A stretch of DNA of 64,000 nucleotides from NCBI GenBank assembly GCA_051047955.1, contig JBPGPT010000001.1:62001-126000 (forward strand), given 5' to 3'. This document shows positions 50,966 to 62,189 of the stretch, piece by piece. The DNA is from Cystobasidiomycetes sp. EMM_F5. Its lineage: Eukaryota. The notes under the pieces are model-generated. The model did no database searches and was not told the origin of the DNA. It saw nothing but the letters and a program-made list of their open reading frames with translations. Numbering within the stretch: position 1 is the first letter of the stretch; each line of letters starts with the position of its first letter. Made by a program: the position numbers and the translations under genes.

Positions 50966-51414
50966 ATGTCCTCGAGAAGCTTTGATTATCTTGTGAAGGG
51001 TACAGTACAAGGCGTCAATTTCCGGTAAGCATCATGATGTAGTGGAAGCCTGCCACACTTTCTGACAAGGCTGTGGCAGGAGCTGGACCGTATCGCAGGC
51101 GCAGAAGATAGGCATCACAGGCTATGTTAGAAACGACTCGGTTCGTGGGTAACTACTATTCACAATATGTCAATCTGTGACGACAACTCCAGACCGGCGA
51201 TGTGTCTGGACACGCTGAAGGCACAGAAGACAAGCTCCAACAATTGTATGTGAAGTATCACTGGTCAAGTATGAGCTGTGACCCGCATTGACTGACCTAC
51301 ATCAGTGCGAAACTCCTGGAGAAAGGTCCCAGTCAAGCAGCAGTGCAAAAGGTGGAGATTTCCAATGAGCAAACGATACAACAAAGCAAGTACAGCAGTT
51401 TTGATCAAGAGTAA
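50966..51414 (+). CDS. Acylphosphatase
   Basis: VKGTVQGVNFR|SWT...GITGYVRN...GHAEG...KGPSQAAV...F; three introns; absent from the ORF track. Confidence 0.92.
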
Positions 51415-51443
51415 TTGACTTCGGTGTTCGCGCATGGTTCTGA

Positions 51444-53943
51444 TCATCGTGCAATGATCCGAACACCTCCCCATTCTACTAAGGGAGGCTTAAACCGCTC
51501 ACCAGGAGACGATATGAACGCGCTGGAAATTGGTACTTTCAACTGCACCGAAAGTGCTTGAACCAACTTCGGTGTGAAAGTGCCTCTTATCAGAATCTGG
51601 GGCAGTGCTCAGCATGGCTTTCTGAGCAATCCAGACCAGACCACCCACCAAATCTACTGTGATCGCAGGATAGGCTTCATCGACTATACGGTGATTAGCT
51701 TCTAGCTCGCTGGGGATCTGACCATCGCCTTGATACACATGACAGAGCTTGACATTTGCCGTTTGCTCGTTTTCCTGGATGTAACGTAGAACGTCCACCA
51801 AATGACTTATCTGGTTCGTAACACGTTAATCTGGGAGCTACTGGCATTCACAGAATAGCCATACAGAATCTATCTTGCTGAAATATAGGACAGGCTTGCT
51901 GCGTATTGATCTAAGTTGTCGACTTATGGCAAGACTCACTCGCTTGGCGAATTTGCCTCTGTTCAATAGGTAACTCTGGTCCAGAATCCAGATACTCCCT
52001 ACAAGAATGCCGCGCAAGTTGCCCAGCAGCATCATGCATACGCTTAATGTGCAGACGTAAGCAGCGAGGTAGGCGAGCGAAATCGGGTTCAGGATTGCAT
52101 TGCCTATTATGACAATGAGTGCGACAGAGAGGCACAGTGCTACGCGTTCCAGCGGGAGTACTGGAGTCCGTGGCAAGCGCCTTCGATTGTGCTTCAACAA
52201 AAGAAGCGCTATTGGGTAAAGAGTCATGTCTGCCAAAAAGACCAGAGAAAAGCTGCAGACAGGTGGAATCAGTCAGAGGAACGTGGCGGAAGACTTGCAC
52301 GCGCACAGTAGAGAGATGATATTCAAATCGGCTGCTGCTGCTGCGTAAATGATCAAAGCCAGTATGCAAGCGGAAACGATTGATAGGTACATAACACGGC
52401 TGTACGGCAATCGTCGGGTGAAGACACGAGGAAGCACCAGGTCGCTACAGAATACAAGTCAGCAGTATCCGCGTCCATACCACCGAGGCTACTTTCGCCT
52501 ACTTGGACAGTTTTTCGAGCAGAGCAGTCACACCGATATAGCCAGTGAGAATACCACCGCATAACACCGCAGCAGCGTCCAACACAACAATGATGCGGAG
52601 CCAGCGACCAGCTGCGACTTCTGCTAAGACGCTCAAGACATTGGCGCCTGATGTGATGACCCCAGTGGGTAAATTGGCAAAGACCAGGAGCATCAGTGGC
52701 GCATTGAGTACACTTGCTCCCCAGTGCAGATTACGCAAAACGCTGGGGTAGGCGCCTTTGCTAACAATCTCGATATTCAAAGGAGCGCACTCGAATCCAG
52801 TCAAGCCCAGGACCCCGACGCATATGCCGAAAAATGTGGCTTTGACAATCTCCAAAGGTTCAGCCGCAGAATCACTGTGCCAGTTTGATGAAAGAACCTC
52901 GTTGCCGATGCGTATCCAATGTATCGTCGATGCGATTGCTAAGCTCAGCATTGTGATTCCCTGCAAATATCGTCAGCCTATGAAGTCAGGAAAGAATGAG
53001 CTACACTTTAGCTTACGTGCAGACATAGTATTGCAAATGCAAGACCTACAACCTCCCGCAAGCCTATCAAACACACTACGGCCATTCCGACAAGCAAAAT
53101 GAGGGTAAAACAATATGCTGGAACAGCAGACATAATTTCGCCTTGAAGGTATGCCGCGAATGTTGCGGCACTGATTGTTGCAGTTGTTGCAGCGTCGAGC
53201 AAAGTCAACGATGCGCCGACCAATGCAAGGCTCTTTGAGGCCGTGTTCAGTAAATACGCATAATTAGCACCATTAATTGGAAGAGCAGAGGCAAGCTCGG
53301 CCATAACGCTGTGTGGGTATGCTCAAGTCAGAATCTGCCGGCGTGAAGACAAGACCAGTTGTTGAACGATTCTTACGGCCGAAAAACGAAGAGAACGCCG
53401 CAGGCAATGGCAAGAGCAATGGGAGAGTAGACTCCTGATACCGATACGACGGCAGGGAAAGCGTAGAAACTGCATGGTATGTTGCAGTAAACATGGGTAA
53501 CAGTGTTCGATAGCCATGTTATGCACCTACACCGATCCCCATACACCGTTGCCCACAATGCCAGTAGCCACTGTTGGCCCTACTCTACTTGGCGCTGCTG
53601 ACACTGGCCTGGAACTACTTTGGTTATGCCGGTATAGATCATTTTCGTCGAGTCGTGTATTAGTGCCCCAGCCGCTGAATTCCAGATTGTCCAGTATTTC
53701 GTGCGTAAGATTAGCGAACCGCGCTGGAGACTCTGGTCCTCGCTTTGCACCTCCGCCATGCTTGGGTCGCAATGGCTGTCTCCGCATAACGAGGTTGTCC
53801 GTGTCATGGTAGATATAGCTTGATCTGTGCAGGATGTCCACATCGCTGGGCGTGCTTGCTGCGCTGATATCCGCTTCGACATCGATCGAAGGCCTTGTTA
53901 GATTGAGCACTGGCAGTTCTATAGACGCATCAGGGAGTTGCAT
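51444..53943 (-). CDS. APC-superfamily amino acid permease-like transporter with soluble C-terminal domain
   Basis: ATGIVGNGVWGSV, ELASALPINGANYAYLLN, LGLTGFE, YPSVLRNL, DAAAVLCGGILT, C-terminal WGGVRII; multiple introns. Confidence 0.88.
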
Positions 53944-54070
53944 CAGCAGTGCTCGCAAGAGCGAAGCAGAGCGGCCGATGACGGACCGAGTGGTTGTGAT
54001 TTCAGCATTACGATCAGGTACTGGAACATCACTCTATATTATGTAAATCGGGCCCTTGTTTTGTCTTAAG

Positions 54071-54155
54071 GCATCAGTGGTTCAACGGTAGAATTGGTCG
54101 TTGCCACTTCTCCATAAACATCGACTAGACCAGGGTTCGACTCCCTGCTGATGCA
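54071..54155 (+). tRNA. tRNA-Gly(GCC) with 14-nt intron (54107-54120)
   Basis: Acceptor GCATCAG/CTGATGC, D-arm TGGTTCAACGGTAGAA, anticodon stem GGTCG/CGACT around TTGCCA, T-arm GGTTCGACTCC, T5 terminator 54158-54162. Confidence 0.96.
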
Positions 54156-54356
54156 GCTTTTTGATGCAGCGAATCCCATTATCACATGCCTCTATCGAGC
54201 GTTGTGCCAGGCTCTCAGCTTCATGGGCCCATGTTTTTTGTATAGGCAGAGATTTCATGAGCGGCAACCGGCAGCAGTCGATTGTTACTGGCTACAAACA
54301 CGGGTTTAAATACTACTTCCTACCGATACAACACTACAACCAGAACGAGACGTCTC

Positions 54357-55523
54357 CTACAAAGCGTTCATCTTCACACTGCTATTTTCCTCCACACTTG
54401 ACGCAGGACCAGGTATTTGCAACGCGATATCCTTCTCGCCATCGAAGAGATACTTGTGCTTTAGGAACCGTGGCGGCCAAACGAACACATATAGCGAGAT
54501 GGCTAGCCAAATTGGTAGTGCATCCAGACCGTAAAAGTAGCCTTCAGTCACATAGATGTGACCTGTATATCCGCCCGCGAATTCAGCGATGCGAAAGCCG
54601 GATCGAGTAAGAAGACCGATGCACGTTGCGCACACCGTGTAGTACAAGATGCGCCAATCCAAGATGGGCGTAGTATCGAATATGTTGAAGAGCGACTTAT
54701 GCGGGCTTTGCGCATCAGGGTGATGTTCCGACATTGACCACTTTTGGGGATACATCTTGCGGCTGGATATGTACATCGTGAGCTCATCGTAAGTAACCTA
54801 GTCTTTCAACTTACACTTTGTACCCAAATGTCAGAAGAATAATGGTGAAGCCAGCGAAACTAGCGCCCTGCAGCGATAGCCCAGCCATGGAGACTTTCTG
54901 GCCGATATTTCCCATAGACGGGTTGGTTTGTCCGCTGGCAGTCATAGCTCCGCCAGCAGCTTGAACCGTGAATGTGAAGATGTCGGAAATCACAAAGAAC
55001 TTCACTATCAGGGTAGCGGGAAAGATGAGGCAGTTTTGAGTAACGTCGGCTCCGAGGTATCGAGACAAGCTCGAAAGAGTGACATAATCCGCAGCAAGGA
55101 ACGCGCAGGGCTATGATGATACAAGATCAGAACGAAGTAAGCCCGCGTCAGCGTCTGCACGCACACTAAGCAATATGAACAATGTCGAAAACACGTAGAT
55201 GCCTAAAGAAGGGAGTTCAGCCTTGGTGTGTAGAAGCTTGGGACATTCCCCACCAAGCGAGTATGGGTTATAATGACAGCCAATTCGACCAAAGAATCCT
55301 ATTAACATGCATGTATTGCCAATGACTAGGGCTAGCATCCATCTTTGTTTGCCCTGGCGGAACCAGTCTGCGCGATAAGGCCGAAAATCAGTATTGAGAA
55401 TACCAGGTGCTAGAGGTTGCACTTTGCAGGCTCACGCATCCAGAAAATTATGCAGACGATACCATAAAGTGCTACAGCTACGGCTGTTAGGTCATTTTGC
55501 GGAACGTAACCGGCGCTGGTCAT
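54357..55523 (-). CDS. RTA1-like 7-TM protein (lipid-translocating exporter family)
   Basis: LFILLS|PCAFLAADY, KFFVISDIFTFTVQAAGG, GLSLQGASF, RSGFRIAEFAGGYTG, EGYFYGLDALP. Confidence 0.92.
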
Positions 55524-56069
55524 GGAGAAGCAGTCCATCAGTCCGTGCACAGATACAGAAGAATGAAAGAAGTGTTGGAGTCGTGGACAATCACTCACAT
55601 CAAGTGCTGTCCAGACGAAGCCCGCTTGATGATCTATCAGTGAGTGGAGCGATTCACATACAATGTAAGTCTGAAGTTCTCAGCCAAGCCACGGAGAACA
55701 GCACTTGGGCAGCACTCACCTCCGCCGATGACGACAGCATATAATTAAGTGCAGCCAGCTGTGTTGTCCTTAGAGAAACAGCAGAGGCCTGGTCACGGTC
55801 AAAGAAGCACAAACCGGTCCAGACGTGGGCCGATGTTGCCACATTGACATGAGCGGTCTTAAGCGGTCGATAAACACCGGGACATACAGCGGCTGGCTAT
55901 AACAGTACAGCATCTGACAGCCTGACATCTTATGACTGTCCGAAGCATCACTCAGCGCTCGCTATCCCTGCTAACAATAAAATGAAGGGCTGTGGTAACG
56001 ACGCGTGCGCATAGCAGGACGATGCTTCACAGCCAGAGACGGATAGCCTTTAGCGAAGACGCCTGACGG

Positions 56070-57766
56070 CTACACTTTCTGACCTTCATCTCCTCCAGGG
56101 TGCTTCTTGAGTGCATCGCTGATCTGTTGAGCCTTGCTTGGCTCTAAAGTCTCCTTGTACAGCTTCATCGCTGCTGGCAAATGCTTTTCAATGTTTGCTA
56201 AGCGATCATCGCCTTGAGGATGAGTGCGAAGAAAGGGCAGAAGACGCTCGGCGGTGATTTCGTCGGCGGTAGCATGTGCGTCCTTTTCAATCATGTTGAG
56301 TAAGCCCCATAGCTCCAGCGCGCTTTCGGGATTGTAGCCTGCTCTGGCCATGAGCATTAGACCTAGAGTGTCGGCCTCGCTCTCCAGTTTCCTAGAGTAT
56401 GCTCGTTCAGCGACGACATCGTTCATGACATTGAACAAGGATCCCAGGGCATCTGTAACGAATGGGAAAGAGATGGTGACGGCGAAACTTATCCCCCGCA
56501 ATATATCGAAAACAACGGAAGTCAAGGCGAGAAAGCCCATATTCTCGACAGAGTGCCGCTCGGAAACGTGAACTAGAGTGTTACATCAGTTTCGATGACA
56601 TCGCAGCTGGCTTCGACGCTCACTGATTTCGTGAGCTATCACTGCCGCTATGAGGGGTTCTTCCTTTTCGAGAAGGTCAAGAAGGCCAGAGTAGACAAAG
56701 ATCTCTTTCGTTGCTTCACATGAGAACAGGCACTGATGTCAGCAATCTCACAAACCCATAAGATCGTAAAGATACGAACGTAAGACGAAGGCATTGATCT
56801 TGGGGAGGTCAATGACGAAGAGATCCCAATCGCGATGCTCTATAATCTTCTGGGGATTGCTACTCTCGGGTCGATACGGTAAGAAAGCGCTATTGGTCCG
56901 CGCCGACGGACGGACGGCGCCTCGAGCTTCATGCTGCCGTATCCGTGAGGTGACTTCGACGTCTGTTCGGTATGGAGCTTCATCAGCATGGACTGTCACG
57001 GCACTGTCGATTACTCCTGCTCCTACCATCGCGTGGCCATATTGCCGAGCAAACCATGTCGTCCGCGTCCATCGCTTCGATAAGTCGATCGCAAACTCTC
57101 TTGAGCGCCTGCACTCTTTCATCTGATCCAGGCAGTATGAGCGGTCCTTCTGTCGCAATGATATCTTCAAAGCGCTGTTGTGACCATGCCATTTCCTCCT
57201 TCTCGCTCATGAGCAGAAGGCGCCAACGAGCTGTTACTTTACTTTGATCTAGCCCAATAGCAATCACCAGAAAGATGGCGATAAATGGTATTTGCCAAAG
57301 CATCCGACCAGCTGTGGGGAATCGGCGAAAGAGCTTCCATCTGCCCATGCGAAGTCAGCTAGCTTGCAACACGAGTCAGATTATCTGCCCACCTCCACCA
57401 GAATGGCAGCACAACTAGAGTCACCCTAGTAACCGATAGAAGCAGTGCTTTGAAAGCTGGTACGGACACAAAGAGAATGTCTTTGCGGCGAGCGCTCGTG
57501 CGGAACGAGCGAACGAAGTTAGGAGATGCCCTTTGACAGCAGCACGTTGAGGGGCGCGTAGCGCTTGCCGAGCGCTGGCGTGAGGCACAGATACCCGAGC
57601 CGTCAAGTTGTGGTTGCCGGAGTCGCGTATAAGGTCGCTTGGGCGTTATCACAGGCAATCTAGCTGGAAGCCATGATTTGCCTGTCACAGCATAGTTGAA
57701 CTGAGCTTGCGGTCTTCCAGTATGCAACAATACTTTCAGTATCGCTGATGACCTCTTTGTGATCAT
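56070..57766 (-). CDS. OMA1: Mitochondrial M48 metallopeptidase Oma1-like
   Basis: Basic presequence, NAFVLP, IFVYSGLL, AAVIAHEI|SHV (HExxH), YSRKLESEAD, FLRTHP. Confidence 0.88.
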
Positions 57767-57892
57767 GGTTCAGACACTTCATTTCGTAATGATGCAAGCC
57801 GCAACCTTTTGGTGATGCAAAGTTGGGTCACATGATTTGGCACGGACATCTCCACCCAATGCGGTTCGGCTCATAGACACGCGCTGCATCTA

Positions 57893-59170
57893 CTATTTCT
57901 CGCTACCGCTCAATGACTTATCATCGCGGTGATGTAAGCTAATATCCACGAAATGAGACTGTGGATAATTGCTAGGGACCGTATCGTGATAGACCATATC
58001 GCTTCGGTATAGCTGCAAAGGCACGCTGGGCAGAGATGCCTGACTCAATGTAGGAGAACCGAGCGACGGAAGCTTTGGCTCGCTGAATGCCGGTCGCTGA
58101 ATGGTACTGCCCAAATTGAGTACCATCCTACAAACTGCAATTCCGTGCATGGCTATGCTCAGGGGACCAAGAAGGGTGGCGTTCTTGCCAGAATGGTTGA
58201 CCACGTACGAGTAATGCGACTGCAGGAATCATCTTAACAGATGATAGCCAGATCTCCCTCGCTCGACTAGGCTCACAATATTGAGAAGACTGCACAGAAG
58301 GCAGAGCCAGAAGTACTGAATCTGGTCTCGCATCACAGCATCCAGTATTGAAACAGACTGTCGACGCCAAATGCGCATTGTCTGCATAGTCGATAGAATC
58401 GTCGCTGCTGCGTCAAAAATTACTGGAACCGCAAAGTACAGCTTGAATCGATCATCGCTACCAGTTTCCGCCCTAGAAGATAGTCAGTTTGTCGTTGCGA
58501 CAGACTTCTGTTTCGGCACCCTCATAAACATACGGGAGACATGCTGAAACACCAGGCGGGAAAAGCGTGTACCTTGGGTATGCCGTTAGAAGAGGTAAAG
58601 TAAGCTGCACGGACATAATCAGAAGCATCGCAGCCCTTGTATCGACGCCGGGTTAGTTGTGTACAGCTATAGCGAGCACTGAAGTACTGACGTGAGCCCA
58701 ATCATGACCAGCCTATTTTCATTCCAGACCGCATTTGTCCGCATAGTGAGAATGAAACCTCCAGCAAACAAGGCCGGTATTGGCGCATAATAGGTCCACA
58801 TGACGGCCTTTGCGCAGCTTTCTGAAGTACGCCCAGGCTGAAGGGGCTTAGAAGAGCTTCGACCGCTTAGGCTGTTCATGCTTACCCAGAAGGATAAATA
58901 CAAGCATCCCGTCAGGGCTGCCATTGTCCAATACCGTGCCACTATGTAGGCTGTTGAGATTGGGTTCCATCGATTCCCGAAGACTACACGGCATTCCGCT
59001 CGGAAAGTTGTAAGCCACTCCCAAACGAGAATTCCGCATACGACTGGATGCAGAGCACTGTTCAAAACAGCTACTCGCGGCTTTCTCTCCTACTGACCAC
59101 TTAGCAAAGTGCGATAGATATTGACGGATGCATTGATAGCATTGATATCGGGCGCAGGGGTACCAGCCAT
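57893..59170 (-). CDS. DUF6533-type fungal 7-TM (GPCR-like) protein, paralog A
   Basis: ILVWEWLTTFRAE..W..AYIVARYW, LTMRTNAVW, AVPVIFDA, CRMVLNL. Confidence 0.75.
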
Positions 59171-59704
59171 TCTGAAATGTACTGTTGGCCGGAAGGAAGT
59201 TGTGCCGTCTATCTGTATATGCCAATATGAACCAGCGGATAGAGAACGAGTATAGTGTATTTTTCGTACCAGGCAGTCGAGCTCCGCCTGTAAACGACTC
59301 TTTGCACAACCTCATGCCGTAGGAATCTTCCTGGAAGTGTGCCGATGCGATCCTGCTTCCACGAAGCATGCGGACTAAGGCCGGAGGTGCACCTGAACTA
59401 AGTTGCGGGACAATCTGTACTGTATGACTGGACGAAGCGGTCGTTTGTAGCGTAGCAGCAACTTTGTCCACCTCTACTGTAGCGAACTAGACATGGCTCT
59501 GCAAGTGCGGCGCAAGTGGTGAAAGTGGGGATTCGCTTCGAATTCAGCGCAAAAGCGCTAGCGTCAGCAAAGCGATGTCTATGTCATAGATTACAGCGAG
59601 TGATTAAACGAATGCTGAGAGCATTGCATCTGAGGGACGCGTAGCGTTCGAGCTTTTTTGGACGTGTAATTTTGTGCAATCCGTCTCTTCGTGCGACTGA
59701 ACCC

Positions 59705-60420
59705 ATGCAAGTCGTGTTACTGCGCAGCTCTCGAGGGATCTCCAGTGCTGTCGAAGTCTTTAGCATCATACGGCATCTCGAACAGAAGTACAAGCTGCAG
59801 AAGGAGTTGACGCTGTTCAAAGCGCCTCGGGTGAGTGGCCAGCAATGTCAGTATGGAACATGCTGAGACGTTATATGGCCAGAACACAGCAAGCGGACGA
59901 TACCTTGGCTACGTTCTCGTCGAATGCCCCAAGAATATTGCAGACGAAATCGTTGGTACAGGCGCGCAGTACATTCGAGTTCCGCCTCAGTCTGCCATCT
60001 TGAAGAAACGGCAAAGCGGTCCATATCAAATTCGGACAGAGGACGACGAACAACGCAAAGCAGCTACATTGTATGATGTTCTGGTCGCAACAACACAGAC
60101 GTCTTTATCAAAGGGCATAGAGGCTACAGGTCAAAATAGCCTTGACGAGACATCTGAGAAAGATTCCCGCGGAAAGCTGGTTGAAATTGTTGGCGAGCTT
60201 GCTACAGGTGAGCTTCGACACAGGCGCAGATCCGCGTAAATTTGCCCGCTCAATCCCGCTCAACCGTAAAATGATAGGGTCTTCCATACACCTGGACTCC
60301 ATCGTCAAACGGCAGAGATCTCAGAAATCGGCATCCGATTCGATGGCTAGCGTACTGAAAGACTCGCTCATGCTTTTCAATGGCTTTGCTCAAAAGGGCC
60401 ACTTAAAATCGGGATTGTGA
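59705..60420 (+). CDS. Hypothetical protein
   Basis: Three ORF pieces joined in frame by two GT-AG introns (GTGAGT 59831, GTGAGC ~60208); no family recognised. Confidence 0.5.
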
Positions 60421-60580
60421 TATCCCCTGCAAGGACGGAAACAACACTTTTACGAGAGAAGTATCGAAAGCCTGAGCGGACTCGAAGCGGTAGAATGCAG
60501 TAACCACGCTCTATTGAAATCAGGGCGCATTCACTGCTTCTACGCAACCTCCGCTGACAACAAGATCTCGGGGATGCTGT

Positions 60581-61844
60581 TTACGACATGACGACCGTGT
60601 GGTGCAGCGGACGGACCTTCTCAAGTTCAAAAGACTCCGCATGAGGCTGATCCGAGGGGAGTTCAGCCTTGAGCTCGTTCACATTGGGCAGAGTAATTCT
60701 GTGCGTGCGCATGGCTGCGCCGGAGTCACTGTGCGTAACATTTTCCTCGGCACTGGCGCGTAGGTTCAGAACCAATCTGCAGACCTGAAGCGGACGTCAG
60801 CCGTGCCGGTGTCTTTGCTAGAGCTTCACTATGCACCGCAACGGGTTGTATGGCGACCGTCAAAGGCGCCAGTAGCGACGTCGAGGTGGATCGGAAGTAC
60901 CAAATAAAATTCATTATTGTAACCAATGTGCATGTCACGAATGCAAGGATCTGATCCCGCAGCAGCACCTGTGCTAGTTTAGAAAAACTAAGGCTCCACA
61001 ATTGTCGTGACTTGAGCAGGACCAGTATCATCAGTACACAGTCGTATGCCAGAATCGCTGCGAAGTAAGCATAGTATCTGGGCTCTTTCCCGCCCGCCGG
61101 ATCTCCAATGGAACTGTGCTTCTTCTGTCAGCTGTGCTGCCTTGCGTGTATAGGTGTTGCTTCGCGCTCACGGAGTACATGCGTGTATTCCAGGTGGAAA
61201 TACCCCGTACCTTGGCGATACGAGTAACGGCATTGTAATTTGTAACGCAACTTGAGTTGCCAAGAACAGACTGCGACATACACTCGGGTGTCAGTAAAAC
61301 TATAAAAGAATGTTTCACACTAAGCTTACCCCATGACGGCAAGCACTGGCTTGCTATTGTTCCAGATAGCATAGACGCGAGCGAGCATTATCGCTCCAGC
61401 GCAGAACATCGCTGGCACAGGTCCCAGGGGATACCACAGGACCATACGATCGCAAAAAGCCATATCTCCTGAAGTCTGCCAATTTATTCTCATTTTCAGT
61501 ACGAGTGACGCTATTTTGGCAACCGTAACATACATCAAATGCAAGGTAGACGGTTACCGAAAATGATGCCAGCGTCCAATAACGACAGATAAGATAGGCT
61601 CCTGTAATGAAACTGTACTTTCGTTGCCATATATATTGATATTCCGAAGAAAACGTGGTGAGAGCCTCCCAAATAAGCACTGCAAGTATCGCTGAGACAG
61701 TGTGCATCATTGGGTTTCAGTCGATGTCATGATGGCACTTAAAGTCGGAGTAGACTTGCCTGTGCTAAGCGTGCGAGCAACCTCGAGATGACTTTGAATC
61801 TCGGCCAGAAGGGCTGAAGTGTTGGCAAGTTGGACGGCCTCCAT
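60581..61844 (-). CDS. DUF6533-type fungal 7-TM (GPCR-like) protein, paralog B
   Basis: VLIWEALTTFSSEYQYIW..YLICRYW, LARVYAIW, VLLRDQILAF, LVLNLR; first intron is GC-AG. Confidence 0.78.
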
Positions 61845-62189
61845 GAGCGAGTTAAGGTGTATGCGTGAAGACCCAGCTTACGAGTTGTACCTACGAGCTC
61901 GTTGTAGGGTTGTTTCCGGAAGTTGTCCGATGTCTTCCACCTCGGCACTACGACTTCGTGTAGAACATGTCGCTGGAATTCGGAAGATCCCGCGCGCTAC
62001 CGGCAACGGCATACTTTAGTAGACTCGATAAACCGACTCTATCGCCGTGCCGGACTGCGTTTTGAGGCGTTTTGAGGCTTCGAAACGCATAAAAGCAACC
62101 GTAACACGATGCTGATTTTGAGCCATCGCAAAAACCCCGATTCGTGATGGTGCAGAGTCATTGAGTTGTACTTTACCCAGACATGCTAA

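Noticed and set aside
62105..62170. SECIS-like look (TGA, stem, AA loop) near the TRM11 3' end
   Set aside because: No matching 3' GA quartet, no in-frame TGA in neighbouring genes, and Dikarya are not known to use selenocysteine
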